Assembly (NCBI RefSeq): GCF_004010195.1
Contig: NC_057719.1
Span: 77,098,702 to 77,162,701 of the forward strand
Direction of reading: 5' to 3'
DNA from: Chiloscyllium plagiosum
Taxonomy: Eukaryota
Length of the DNA stretch: 64,000 bases
The translations under genes and the position numbers were made by a program. Shown here one piece after another: positions 39,748 through 53,669 of this stretch (positions within the stretch are counted from its first letter, which is position 1; the number at the start of each line of letters is the position of its first letter). The notes beneath the pieces were generated by a model. The model saw only the letters and a program-made list of their open reading frames with translations, was not told the origin of the DNA and made no database searches.

Positions 39748-40247
39748 NNNNNNNNNNNNNNNNNNNNNNNNNNNNNNNNNNNNNNNNNNNNNNNNNNNNN
39801 NNNNNNNNNNNNNNNNNNNNNNNNNNNNNNNNNNNNNNNNNNNNNNNNNNNNNNNNNNNNNNNNNNNNNNNNNNNNNNNNNNNNNNNNNNNNNNNNNNNN
39901 NNNNNNNNNNNNNNNNNNNNNNNNNNNNNNNNNNNNNNNNNNNNNNNNNNNNNNNNNNNNNNNNNNNNNNNNNNNNNNNNNNNNNNNNNNNNNNNNNNNN
40001 NNNNNNNNNNNNNNNNNNNNNNNNNNNNNNNNNNNNNNNNNNNNNNNNNNNNNNNNNNNNNNNNNNNNNNNNNNNNNNNNNNNNNNNNNNNNNNNNNNNN
40101 NNNNNNNNNNNNNNNNNNNNNNNNNNNNNNNNNNNNNNNNNNNNNNNNNNNNNNNNNNNNNNNNNNNNNNNNNNNNNNNNNNNNNNNNNNNNNNNNNNNN
40201 NNNNNNNNNNNNNNNNNNNNNNNNNNNNNNNNNNNNNNNNNNNNNNN
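39748..40247. other. Assembly gap (500 N)
   Basis: Run of exactly 500 N, typical of a scaffold spacer of unknown true size. Confidence 0.99.
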
Positions 40248-41074
40248 GTGACCATCGAGAGAATCCAACCTTCATCATATTACCATCACTGAATCACTCT
40301 CTCTATCAATATTCTATGGTTTAACATTGATCAGAATCTGAATTGGTAAAAATAAAATAAAATCTGTGGCTACAAGAGCAAGTTAGAGGCACGGAATTGA
40401 TTGAGCCCAGATTGGACCTCGTGGCAGTGGTAAGGGAGCCCAGCTTGACTCGAGTGGACCCAGTGCAGATATTGTGATGCTGGCAAGTGAGCCCCGACTT
40501 ACTTTTCTGGGTCGAGAACACAACCTGGCATCGGAATTAGCAGCTGCGATGTCGGCACAAGGCCCAGTGGTGAAAGATTGCACCTGGAGCTCGGCGATTT
40601 TGTTATTTGGGCCTGGTGCTGGCGGTGACTAAGCTGTGACAGAATGACAGCAGGTGTCATCGAGGTGGCTCCAGCAGGAGAGATGTGATTGTGACGCTGG
40701 TGTGTCTGGCGCAGGTGGCGGTGAGGCGGTGGCAGAAAAGAATCAGTCCAGTGGCAAACGATGCCTCCTGAAGAGTGATGCTTTCAATGTTGATTGTCAG
40801 GTGGAGATGATGGCAAGGTGGTGGAGGAGTGATGATGGCACAAGAGTCATTGACAGTGAACTAGCTCAGGACTAATGGACTCTCTTGAAGATTTTTCTTC
40901 CTTTTTTTTCTTGTTCTTAAAAACTATTTAAAATGATGCTGGATCGTGATGACAGAGAAAAAGCTTTTCACTGTATTTTGTTGTTTTTCTTATTGTAAAA
41001 TACACATGACAATAAAATCAATCATTATTCAGAAGTTCTATGGCAAGTAACTTCCTTCCTGATTCCTCAAAGCC

Positions 41075-41450
41075 TGTCCACCATCCTCAAAGCACACAAA
41101 ATGTGACAGAACACTCCACTTGCCTGGGTTGATGCAGTGTCAACAATATTCAAAACGTTGAAAACCATGGATAAAGCAACCCACTTGATTGACATCCTTT
41201 CTTATATGTTCAACATTCACTCTGTTCATCATTGACACATTGGAGCAGTACGTAACACCTAGAAGGTGCACTGCAGGAACTCACCGTGGTTTCTGAGCCA
41301 ACAACTTCCAAGCCCGTGACCTGTAGCACCTACATGGACAAGGACAGCAGCTACACGGAAAACGCCAACACTTATAAGTTCCCCTCCAAGCACTCGCCAT
41401 CCACTCTTGCAACTATATTGTGGTATCTTCACTGTTGCTGGGTTAGAACA
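41075..41450 (+). mobile_element. LINE 3' fragment of the same L2-like family as 43740-45945
   Basis: tagaaggtgcactgcag and cttcactgttgctgg motifs shared with the 45080-45170 and 45745-45790 segments. Confidence 0.55.
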
Positions 41451-43164
41451 TGCCTCACAATGTGTAATCTGATTGGGTTGAGGAACAGATTTCAGAGGCT
41501 GAATAACCTCCATCTGCAAGACGGAGGTTATCCCCACCCCCACCCCTTCCCAGCCCAGCCCAGCTCCACCACCACCACTAAAGTATGCAAATAGAGCTCA
41601 GAAATAAAAACATAAGATGAGAAATACTCACTATTTAAGGAGAGAGAAACAAAGTTAATGACTCTTGTAGGTCAATGTCATGTCATCAGAACTAGAGTTC
41701 TCTCTTCACAGACCTGTGTGCAACCTGTGTTTAAAACTGATGTGGTATTCTGCACTTTATACCTATAAATAAAGTTAAAGTAGCTAAGTAAATACTTTTC
41801 ATAATTGCATATGAATATTTGTCACATTCTTGTGATAGTCCTCTTTGTTGTTTTAATGGTGGGTTAATTTATTTCAACACAACTCAATTTAAGACTTGAA
41901 TGGATAAATATCGTGCACATCTGTTCATTGTCTTAGCACATCCATCACAGTCAGTCAGTTTTGGGCTGATCTAAACAAGTGAACGGATGCAGAATATAAT
42001 TTATTTAATTAATTTTAGCGAGAACACAAATTGCTATAATTTGGAAGTAAAAACAAAAATGCTTGGTATGCTCAGCACGTTATTAGTGAAGAGAGAATAG
42101 AGATAATATTTCACGATTTTTACCTTGCATTGAACTAGGAAATACTTTTAATCACCAAATGGGAGTAATCACTTCGGGTTCCTTCAAGTGATAGCCTCAC
42201 CAGAGATTTATTTTTGCTGACACAGGTGAAGATATGGAAATAATGCCCCATGATTGAATACTTTGTTGACATTTTCTAACATGAAAGGTGCCCTTGAAAC
42301 TTTAAGGGCCAAATATCTTTGGGAGCAAAGAATATTACTTAAAAGCAAGGTGAATTCAGAAGTGGAGAGAGTAAAATGAAGCTCCTTGCCATTTATACAT
42401 TCGGATACCTAATGCATAAAGTTAGAATCACATTTTGTAGCAAGGAAGTTAAACGTGTTTGTGAAAATTTAGCTGAGCTTAACTACTTTTTAAAGTAATG
42501 AAGTTTTTGATGGCTTATGGGAGACTTAAAGTACGCATAATACTGAGAGCGTCAGATGAAATAAATAAAGGCAGGCATAATGATTACCTCCATAAAATCA
42601 TGGTGTGAAATTGCCCACGTGTGTCCTGTCCACAAGAAGCAGGACGAATCTCATCTGGACAGTTATTGCCCAGAGTCTATTGTTAATCAGAGGAATAATG
42701 GAATTGTAGTGCTTATCAAGTGGATCTCACTAACCACTTCAACTCACCAACCTTAATGTCCGGATTGTATTCCATCAGCACTGCTCACTTCAGACCTATT
42801 GCTTTGCGAAAATATTTGCAAAGATAAAGACAGCAGTGTGGAGTTATCCCAAAGAGTCAGCATGGACATGATGAGACAGATAACCCCTTGTTTGTATCCG
42901 TTCTATGATGTATTGCAGCCCAGAGCTTAACAAGGGGACATCCAGCTTTTTCCATGATGTTTTGTTGAGTGCCGTCAGTAGGTTGCAGCTGAGTAGACAG
43001 AGTGCTAATGTAATTCAGAACTCCCGGCTAATGCTTTGGGGTCATGGGTTTCAATCCCACCATGGCAGATGGTAACACTGAATTCAGTAAAATCTGGATT
43101 TGAAAAAGCTAGCGTAATGGTGGCAAAGTAGCGATTGTCAATCATCGTCAAACCTCTCCTGCAT

Positions 43165-43670
43165 TGGATTTGCATTGTTGCAGTCCGGAGGATGTGCACT
43201 CGATTGATTACTGAAGTGAGGGGGTTGTCTAATGGAGAGAGATTGAGCAGTATATATACTCTATATTCTAGAGTTTAGAAAAATGAGGAGAGATCTAATT
43301 GAGGTACATAAGATGCTAAAGAGGATTGACAAAGCAGGTGTAGAGTGGACATCTCTTGTGGGGCAGTCTGGAATGAGAACAATAACTTAAGGATAAGTGG
43401 TAGCAGATTTAAAACAGAGATGAAGAGGAATTACTTTTTTAAAAGGATTGTGAATCTGCAATTAACTATCCCAATAGATGCTGGGTATTGAGTAAATTTA
43501 ACAAGGAGGTAGACAGATTTTCAGTTAATTTTGGGTTGAAAAATTAGAGAAGGTGGGCAGGAAAGTGGAGTCGAGGCCAAGATGAGATCGGTCATTATCA
43601 TATTGGATGGCGGAGCAGGCTTGAGGGGCTGATTTGCCTACTCCTGATCCTATTTCTAATGTTTTTATAC
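43165..43670 (+). mobile_element. CR1 3' fragment
   Basis: ctagagtttagaaaaatgaggagagatctaattgaggtacataagatg (LEFRKMRRDLIEVHKM) and tail ggcggagcaggcttgaggggctga..cctactcctg. Confidence 0.8.
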
Positions 43671-43739
43671 TGTACCACAGAGAAATTCACTGAATTGTTA
43701 GTAAGTAAAAAGAGGCATTTGGCCATAAGCTACAATATG

Positions 43740-45945
43740 GGACTACTTACATGCCAAAAGGCAGAAACACCATGCAGTGGATAGGGTTAAGCAATTACGC
43801 AACCAAAAGATCAGATCTAAGCTTTGCTGTCCTGCTACATCCAGTCATGAAATGGTAGTGCACAATTAATAAAATAAAAACCAGAGGAGACTGCTCCACA
43901 AATATCTGTATCCTCAATGACAGCATATCCAGCATGTCAGTGGAAAAGACGAGGCTGATGCAATTGCAGAAGTGTCATGTGGATGATCTAACCCAGTGTC
44001 CTAAGATGACCAGCATCACACAGGCCAGTCTTCACACAATTTGATTCACTCCAATATTAAGAAATAGTTAAAGGATGGGTGCTGACGACACTATAGCCAA
44101 TATACTGAAGTCTGATACTTCAGAACTAGTTGTGCCTAGCCAAACAGTTCTGTTGGAGTTCCTCACTGACAATGAGGAAAATTGTCCAGCTATGTCGTGT
44201 TCTGCAAAAATCAGGGCAAATCCAACCCAGCATTTACTGCCCTGTCAGTCTAATCTTGATGACCAACAAGAAATGGAAAGAGTTTTTGGCAGTGATATCA
44301 TGTGGCACTTAATAACCTGCTCACTCACAGTTAGTTTGTTTTCAGCCAGTGCCACTCAGCTCCTGACCTCATTAAATCCTTAGTACAAAGATGGACAAAA
44401 TAACTGAATTCCCGAAGTGTGGTGAAAGTGACTGCTCTTGACACTCGGGCAGTATTTGACTGAATATGGCTTTAATGAGTCCTGTCAAAATTGGAGACAA
44501 CAGTAATCGGGGGGAAGTTTTCTGATGATCAGAGTCATACCTATCACAGAAGAATATTGTTGGTTGTTGTTGGAGGTCAGTCATCTCAGCCCCAGTTTAT
44601 CACTGCAGGTGTTTCTCAAAGTATTCACTATTTTCAGCTGCTTCTTTAATAACCTTCCCTCCTCCTTAAAGTCATAAACAGAGATGTTTGCTGTTGATTG
44701 TACAATGTTTAGTGTTTTTTATGATTCTTCAGGTTAATAGGCAGTATCCACGTTTTGGCTAATAAGTGGCAAGTAACATTTATGCCATGTAAATGCCAGA
44801 CAATGGCCATCTTAAATGAAATAGAATATAGCCATCTCCCTTCTTATTCAATAGCATACCTATCTCTGAATCCCCAACTACCAATTTCTTGCAGTTTGCT
44901 ATTGTTCAGAAATATAGTACTGTGTCCAGCAGAGCAGGTCAGAGGCTAAGTATTGTGTGCCAAAAATCCAAATCCAGACTCCCAATGCCTGCACAAGTCT
45001 ACAAGGCATCCTGTTGGTTGGTATCCTGTCTACCACCTTCAGTGTTCATTCCCTTGACTAACCATTTACAATGACAGCAGTTGTATCATCTAGAAGGTGA
45101 ACTGCAATAGACAGTACTTTCCAAATGTATCACCAAGAAGGCCAAGGGTAGCAGATGCTTTGGAATGTCACTGTTATGATCCCAGTTGATTATAATGCTG
45201 GGCAGGTCAAATTCTAGAGTGAAACCTAGCCTGACACGGTTGCAAAAGTTTTCTTGCTTGTGTCCTGCATGTTCACCACATTGGTGGCTGTACCCAAGAT
45301 ATGCAGACACTATCTTTTCCAAAGTGGACTTTAAGAAAAGCCCTGTCTGTCTGAACTGTTCAAGCAACTTAAGACTTCTTTACATAGCTTTGATAGTCTG
45401 GAGAGTGCCACAAACCGAACTGCCCCTCCACTGGTATGAATCTTTTTTCTCAATTTTGACCCAGTGTGGCCCCGGGCCATCTGTTTTTCTGTTATCATAA
45501 AAGTTTAAATTTGTAAACACTTCATCAATGACCTCCCATTGCACTTGAAGTCATGTGCCTTCCTCAGAAAGCCTAGTTTGAAATCCCTGTTTAAAAAAAT
45601 GACAAATTGACTTTTCTCTGAAAGGAAAGTCTCTTTCACAGAATTGAAACTTAAAATCCATTTACCTCTACTTTAGAATCTAAATTCCCAAATGATAATT
45701 TATTACAACTACCATCTGCAACATCACTTCCAAATCACATTCCTTCCTGACTTGGCATCATATTGCTGTTCCTTCACTTTGCCCGAGTCCAAATGTTGGA
45801 ACTCTACACCTCACAATACTGCATGCACCTGGACCCCAAGGATTGCAGCAGTTCAAGAAGACAGCTCATCACCATCTTCTCGGCAATTGGGGATAGGCAA
45901 TAAATGCTGGTTTAATTGGCAATGCCCATGTCCCATGAATGAATT
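43740..45945 (+). mobile_element. Decayed non-LTR LINE (L2/CR1-group), interrupted by 45172-45727
   Basis: RT remnants (KIVQLCRV.QK..PSIYCPVSL; atgtttgctgttgattgtaca, MFADD-like; aagtggcaagtaacattt KWQVTF); 3' tail aataaatgctgg..cccatgaatgaat. Confidence 0.7.
45172..45727. mobile_element. Solo-LTR-like insertion
   Basis: Begins TGTTATG, ends aacatcac, and splits the host LINE 3' region. Confidence 0.5.
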
Positions 45946-46096
45946 TTAAATAATTGTAAAATTGAAATCATTGGTAGTGGGGAACTACTCTTCTGACTCA
46001 AGTCATAACGAAAAATGGAGGATCGATAATTGTGGTTGTTGGATACTGAATATCCCAGTTCCAACATGTCATGCAACAATTCCTCAAGGTCCAAAT

Positions 46097-46445
46097 GAAT
46101 CATAGAATCATATCATAGAATCCCTACAGTGTGGAAACAGGCCATTTGGCCCAGCAGGTCCATACCAACCCTCTGAAGAGTATCCCACACAGACCCATTC
46201 CCCTACCCTCTTATTCTATATTTCCCCTGACTAATGCATCTAACCTACACCTCCCTGAACACTTGGGCCAATTTAGCTAATCACATCTTTGGACTATGGG
46301 AGGAAACCTGAGCACCTGGAGGGAATGCACACAGACACTGGGAGAATGCGCAGACTCCACAGACAGTCGTCCAAGGCTTCAATCAAGCCCAGGTCCCTGG
46401 CACTGTGTAACAGCAGTGTTAACCACTGAACCGCAGTGCCGCTCC
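46097..46445 (-). mobile_element. HE1-like SINE
   Basis: gaatcatagaatc tail, body and tRNA-like head in reverse orientation. Confidence 0.85.
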
Positions 46446-46899
46446 ATCAATACAAATGATCCGATTAAGTTGAAATTTCTTTGAGAACTCAATTTTGTCT
46501 GCTGGTGCAGTTAAAATGGTGAAAATTGTCCAGTGTTTAAGTACAGCTGATTTTTGTCCATTGGTCCTTGCTAGAAAATCTGGATGTGGTCATTGGGTTG
46601 ACGTTTGTCTTTTCTCTGACTTTAGAATGACTAAATGAGGATTTGTTCAATTGAATAAGAATTGTTGGAACAACAATAGAAGTTACTAGAAAAAACACAG
46701 CAGGTCTGGTAGCATATGTGGAGAGAACTCTGGAGCTGGAACGTTGGCTCTCCACATTTGTTTTTCTTCTGACTACCAGCATTCACAGTTTTTTGTTTAA
46801 TTGTTTAAGGAATTGTCGGAAGCTTAACAACCTTGGAACTGTGTCCAAGATGTCGCATGCTTAGAAGAGGGAATGACACTAAAATTAAAACAGATATAA

Positions 46900-47140
46900 T
46901 TATAGAATCCCTACAATGTGGAAACAGGCCATTCGACCCATCAAGTCCACACCACCCTCCAAACAGCATTCCAACCAAACACACCCTATCCCTGTAACCC
47001 TGCATTTTCCATGACTAATCCGTCTAACCTGTGCATCTCTGGACACTATGGGCAATTTAGCATGGCCTTGGTGGATAAGAACCCGGAGTCCCTGGCATTG
47101 TCAGGCACAATGCTAACCATTGAGATCACTATGCCACCCT
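46900..47140 (-). mobile_element. HE1-like SINE with internal deletion
   Basis: tagaatccctacaatgtggaaacaggccattcg..gggcaatttagcatggcc..gctaaccattgag. Confidence 0.8.
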
Positions 47141-47498
47141 AGTTGTTGGAAAATTGTTTGCGAAGAATCAGAATGTGACCTAGTTATTGCTGTGTAGATC
47201 ATAACTTGACTCTCTTGGTAATGAGCTCTGTTTATACAGATAATCACACACAAAGGTTCACTGCTAAACATTTTTTATGATGATGACTACTTTTTGATAT
47301 GAAAAAATGAGTGATCATAGCCTTGACAACAAAAATACTGCTGGGCAGATTGCCTTCTGTTTTACTTAAGTTCATCTCCACAGTGAGGACAAGTTTAACT
47401 CCTTTGCAGAGGCAAAATAATGGGATTAGAGTTATTTAGAGTGAACAGTGAAGATCTCCTAGTCAGCGTTTAAGTAAATATTGTTCTGTTTGCTTTGA

Positions 47499-47672
<174 letters not shown>

Positions 47673-47921
47673 TAATTTTAACGTATGCAGCTTTATTTGT
47701 TTATATTTGTATAAGTGTGACCGAATAAGATATTGGATACTTTGTGATGACTGATCCCTTCGACTAGAACCTTAATGAACAAGTTGAGTTTTACAACAAT
47801 CCAGCAATGGTCACCTTATTCTTCTTGCTACCCCAGAAATTGCTGCCTGCATTTAATTCGGTGTCACAAATCACTACAAAGGAAATGTTCGTCCAATAGA
47901 TTAAGTACTGAATTTATAATC

Positions 47922-48255
47922 GGGACGGCATGGTGGCTCAGTGGTTAGCACTGCTGCCTCCCAGCACCAGGGTCCCAGGTTCGATTCCAGCTTCGAGTGA
48001 CTGTCTGTGTGGAGTTTGCACATTCTCTCCATGTCTGCCTGGGTTTTTTCCGGGTGCTCCGGTTTCCTCCCACAGTCCAAAAGATGTGCAATTCAGATGA
48101 ATTGACCATGCTAAATTGCCCTTAGTGTTAGGTGCGTTAGTCAGAGGGAAATGGGGGGCCCGGGTGGGTTACTCTTCGGATGGTTGGTGTGGACTTGTTG
48201 GGCCAAAGGGCCTGTTTCCACACTGTAAGGAATCCAATCATAATCCAATCTAATC
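47922..48255 (+). mobile_element. HE1-like SINE, full length
   Basis: A box tggctcagtgg, B box ggttcgattcc, body, CR1/HER1-like tail and aatct repeats. Confidence 0.88.
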
Positions 48256-48920
48256 TATTAGCATGGAAGCATTTCCAAGTTCATATGTGTAGCCAGTCCA
48301 CCTATGCTTTGTTCTTCTTAAACTAGCCCCCTGTTCTGGCAATTTCCTCCAGTGTTCACTTGAAGTTACAGAGTCAGAGCGAACTACAATTCCTTAAAGA
48401 ACTGCAATGGCTGTGTATCTGAAACAAAGCATCTCGTTTTCCACTTGGGGAACCTGCAGCTTGCAGGCCTCAGCAATGAGCTCATTAAGTATAGAACCTA
48501 ATCACCACCTTCCAGGTCCTTTACCCACCCCCACTCCCCAAACCCAGTGTGACATGGATTACTTTCAGCACAGCCACCACATTTTCACCCACTCTTGGCA
48601 ATTTGTCTGATCATTCTGTGAGAGGTGTCGAGCATTATGGTTGAGTCTAAAATTGTCATTAACCAAAGCTAATGTGTATATTCTTCCATAATGGTCAGGA
48701 ATCTTGGTAGTTCCTTTTTCTATAAAGTCTTCTTTGTCTAGTTAATCTGTCATTGACCAGGATTCAAAATTTGTGACTTGTCTGAACATTTATAATTTGT
48801 TTTTGGTAAGTAATTATTGGACTAGCGAAGGTAGAGACTAAACAGCACCCCATAATGAAGTGACTATTTTAGGGAAAAAATTTAACAGACGTTGATCATT
48901 AAATACAATTGTTAAAATGA

Positions 48921-49100
<180 letters not shown>

Positions 49101-52100
49101 TAACACATGACAAACCACGGTTTTCCAAAGCTATGTCCAGTGACCATTTTGAGTGCCTGAAAGAAGGTTTTAGAACTGATTTAAGGAAATATAAAGTCAC
49201 TGAATCCTTTAGCCATTTATGGAATGTTCCACACTCTGCTGTTGAATGCCAAGTTGTGTAAAATCTCCTTGAGAGGCATAATATTTTTGCAGTTAGTTAG
49301 TTGATCTAAATATTGAACTTTGCTGAATCGAGCACGTTGAACGATGACCAGAGTCAAAAAGAAATATAATTTCTCGCAACTTTATATGTAAGGTATGGTT
49401 GTCAAACATACACAGATCATTTCCTGTGGAATTCACTTGCGGGGCAGAATTGTATTGTATGTGTTAATATTTTACACCCTCAATAAGACAGTGCTTCATT
49501 AAGAGGCAAATTATCATGTAATGTTATGAGGTTTCTTAATTGGGAATGAAACAGAATGGCTAACTGGAATTTCAGTATTTATCTGAATAGATCTGCATTT
49601 GGACTGCAGACTCAACCTATTCAGTGACCTTCATTCCAGTTATGTTCGCTGTCAGTCAACAAATTGTCTACTTTTGTAAGCAGTATTTATCCACTAACCT
49701 TTTCAAAATGTATAATTTTGGAAGCCCTCTTCACTTTAAAATCTTTGCCAACTGCTGTTAACTGAAAGCCCTATCTCTTCATTTCATTTAATGCAAGATG
49801 AGTGGTAAATGTTATCCCAGCCAACCCACATCTCATGAATGAATTATTTTAAAAAGACTGTTTAGAATTTAGTGACTAACTGACTTTTTGGTAATATATA
49901 AAATGTAAAAGTCCAGCATCATCATGTATTATATTATTTGACTAGCAGTTAGGGAGTTTGTACTCCTCTTTCTGGCTTCCTTCTTACAAGTAATTTATCA
50001 ACCATAGCATCCAGAATCACCAAATTGTTACAGCATAGATGAATGTCATTCTGCCCATTATGTTTGTGCCAGCTCCCAATGAGTATTGCATTTAGTGCCA
50101 CTCTTCTATTTTCTCCCTGTCACCCTGTACTGTTCCTTTTCAAATGAGAACAATTGCCTTTTGAATGACTTGAGTGAACCTGCAACTCTGAGGCAGTGTA
50201 CTCCAGACTCTGGCCACTTGGTCTATGAAAGTGTTTTTTCACTGTCATTGATGCTAGATAAATTGTATATTTTTAATCCAAGATAGGTTAATAAAATTTA
50301 TCCATCAAAAATATTAAAGGACGTGGGGCAAGTGAGGGTATATGGCATTAAGTCATAGATCACTTATAATCCAGCCAGTTTGAGGGGTCAAGTGCCATTA
50401 TCTGCTTCCTTTGAGACTTAAAATATCCTGTTTGAACTATGTGATAAAAATGATATGATTCTAAAACCAATCCACAATGGTGCGAGAGCAGCTTAAACCA
50501 TCCAAATCTACCATGACTTAGAGTGATAGTGTTCCTTGCATTATTGATGTAATAACCCTATTGAGATCAGTTAGTTTAAGTAGGGTAATATTGGCACAAA
50601 CGTCAACTTTCATATTTACAATTAACTTTTCAAATCATAAAGTAACCAAAAAGAAAACTGAAAAAATTTGGATTTGTTTAACTTGTTTTGCTGGTGAAAT
50701 TCTCGTCTGTGAGCTTGACCTTGCTGAAAAAAAAATTGGCGTTATCAATTTGCAGATCAAGAGAGAGTTCTTAAGTTGGCAAATCTGTAGGACTAACTGA
50801 CCAATTTAAACTGCTTTGCACAAACACATCTCACCCTCAGCCTCTTGGTTCTTTTTAAAAACCTGTCTAGATTTGCACATTAATTGCTCATTAAACTTGC
50901 CTCAGAAGGTTAAGTCCACTAAATAATAGAGTAAGCATTTTTCGCACATGATGATTATTAATACAATTGTAACCAGTACCTGTTAGAATTATAGAAATTG
51001 ACAGCATAGAAGGAAGCTGTTGAGGTCTTGTGCCATAGTGGTAGTCTTCCAACTATTTGCACCAGAAGGTCTGAGTTCACACATTTGCCCTGGTGAGTGT
51101 CATAACATGTCCAAACATCTAGTGATTTAAAAAATAACTAGAAGGAAACCCTTAGGGCTGTTGTGGTGCAGTGTCCCTAATTCTGAGCCAGAAGGTCCAG
51201 TTTCAAATCTCTGTGTCATATGTGCCTGAACAGGTCTATTAAAAATATCTAGAAGGAAGCCATTGACCTACTTTCTAATTCTTGATCTGTAGCTTTGTAA
51301 ACTTGCACTTTTTGGAGATTTTAAAAACATTAGATTTTGTATTTTAGTATTTGTTTTCTTAATTTTTGTCTTTTTTCAGTCTCTTAATGGAACGTTCCTT
51401 TTTATGTTTCTGCACCTTATTTGACTCTTAAATAGTGTATGATTTTCTCTTCACATTAATTGTTCTGTTCTGTTTTAACCATTTAAGTCATTTTGATTCA
51501 GGAAATGCACTGCTGCTCCCATTCCTCACTGAGTCCAGGTCCCTGTTAACAATGCCATTGCATTCTCAGCTCTTGCTTGCAGCAAATAGCACTACAAAGT
51601 AAACTTGAGCTGGAGAATAAAGGAGAATGTAATCAGCTGGACACACCACAAAATGCTCCAGTTTTGACAATCTCTGTCCCACCGTCATTCTTGTTATTAA
51701 ATGTGAATTTTGGATTCCACCTATAATCTGTGCAAAGTGCAACTAGAAAAGCAAAGTGCAATATTTCAGATTTTCAGCATTTTCATATTTTAAGCTAGTG
51801 CTTTTGTTTTCTGGATGCTATGATGATTTTAATAAACAATTTGGAAAGCACATACAATTGACCAGTTAATAGTTAATTGCACATAACATGTCTTGTGCAC
51901 AGAAAAAAATACTTTGTGAAGTATTTGTATGCAGGAAAGAATAATTGATGTCAACTGTTATGGTTGAAATATTATTCATGGTTAAACGCTCTTGGTTGTG
52001 TTTGTAGAATTAATAAATACCAAGTCCTTTCCAGTAGACATAAATTATTGATCATTTTCCATGAGTGAGTGCAAATGAGTGAAGAATTAAAATTCCGCTA

Positions 52101-52189
52101 GAATTAAGGCTGCAGTGCTAGTTGCTCAAGAAGAAGTGAGCAACTTCTTAAATTTGCAATCAGCTTAGGAGAAAAGATTGCAAAAGAGT

Positions 52190-52952
52190 CACAGAATGAT
52201 AGGCTTGTACACTGTGGGAACAAATCTCTGGTCCAACCCGTCCATGCCCACCAGATATCCTAAACTAATCTAGTCCCATTTGCCAGTGTTTGGCCCATAT
52301 CCCTCTAAACCCTTCCTATTCATGTACCCATCCAGATGCCTTTTAAATGTTGCAATTGTATCGGCCTTCACCACTTCCTCTGGCAGCTCATTCCATACAA
52401 GCACCACCCTCCGCATTTCACCATAAACCTATGCTTTCTAGTTTTGGACTCCCCTACCCTGGGAAAAAAAGGACCTTGGCTGTTCACTATTCATGTCCCT
52501 CATGATTTTATAAACCTCTATAAGGTAAGACCTCAGCTTCTGACTCTCCGGTGAAAATAGCCCCAGTCTATTCAGCAGCACTTCCTTTAGTTCAAACCCT
52601 CCAACATCCTTGTAAATCTTTTCTGCACCCTTTCAGTTTTAACAACATTTTTATAGCAGGGAGACCAGAACTGAATGCAGTATTCCAAAAGTGACCCCAA
52701 CTCCTGTACTCAATACACTGACCAATAAAGGCAAGTGTATCAAATGCCTCCTTCATTACCCTGTCTACCTGTCACTCCACCATCAAGGAACATGAACCTG
52801 CAACCCAATGTCTTTGTTCAGCAGCACTCCCCAGGACCCTACCATTAAGTTTGTAAGTCCTGCCTGTTTTGCCTTACCTAAATACAACACCTCTCATTTA
52901 TCTAAATTAAACTCCAATTTACTACTCCTCAGCCAACTGGCCCGTCTGATCT
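52190..52952 (-). mobile_element. CR1/HER1-type LINE 3' fragment
   Basis: Reverse complement of the 14640-15637 family (ggcccatatccctctaaacc, catgattttataaacctctataagg, gaccagaactgaatgcagtattcc). Confidence 0.88.
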
Positions 52953-53447
52953 ATATGTGAAGCTTAGTTTATGCAATGTAAGTGTGGTCAACGCAGGAAG
53001 AATCTGTATCTGCCATGAACTGTTTTTTTTTCAGATATGTAAGATTGCTACTATTGTGGGTGCATTTTTGGTGTGGTAAGCCAGGGTAGTGGAGAAAGTC
53101 ACATAATATGAGCCTTGAGGAAGATTGGAAAAATTGCTGGTTATTAATATTTGACAATGTAACTCTACATTTGTGAATTGCATTGTGTTAATCTTCATTT
53201 TCGCATTTCAAAACCTGTTGAATTTTAGCCTCTTATCTGTTGCCAGAAGAGATGGCTGTAACAAAGCCAAGAGTAATGCCAACAAAAGGGATTTAACACC
53301 TGATGGGCTTCTTGGTCTTCAGTTTAAGAAGGATACTAAATTAAATTTGCATTTGTGCTACAGTGTTGAACTATCTCAGATTGCCTTACATTAAATTGCT
53401 GTTGCGTGCTGCCAACTGACTATACTGAAGTAAATGTACTATATTGA

Positions 53448-53669
<222 letters not shown>

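Noticed and set aside
39379..40324. Long ORFs of 178-290 aa in the ORF track
   Set aside because: They are artefacts of reading through 500 N; only the Penelope RT fragment before the gap is real.
47922..47995. tRNA-like A and B boxes
   Set aside because: This is a SINE head continuing into the HE1-like body; no complete cloverleaf or terminator.
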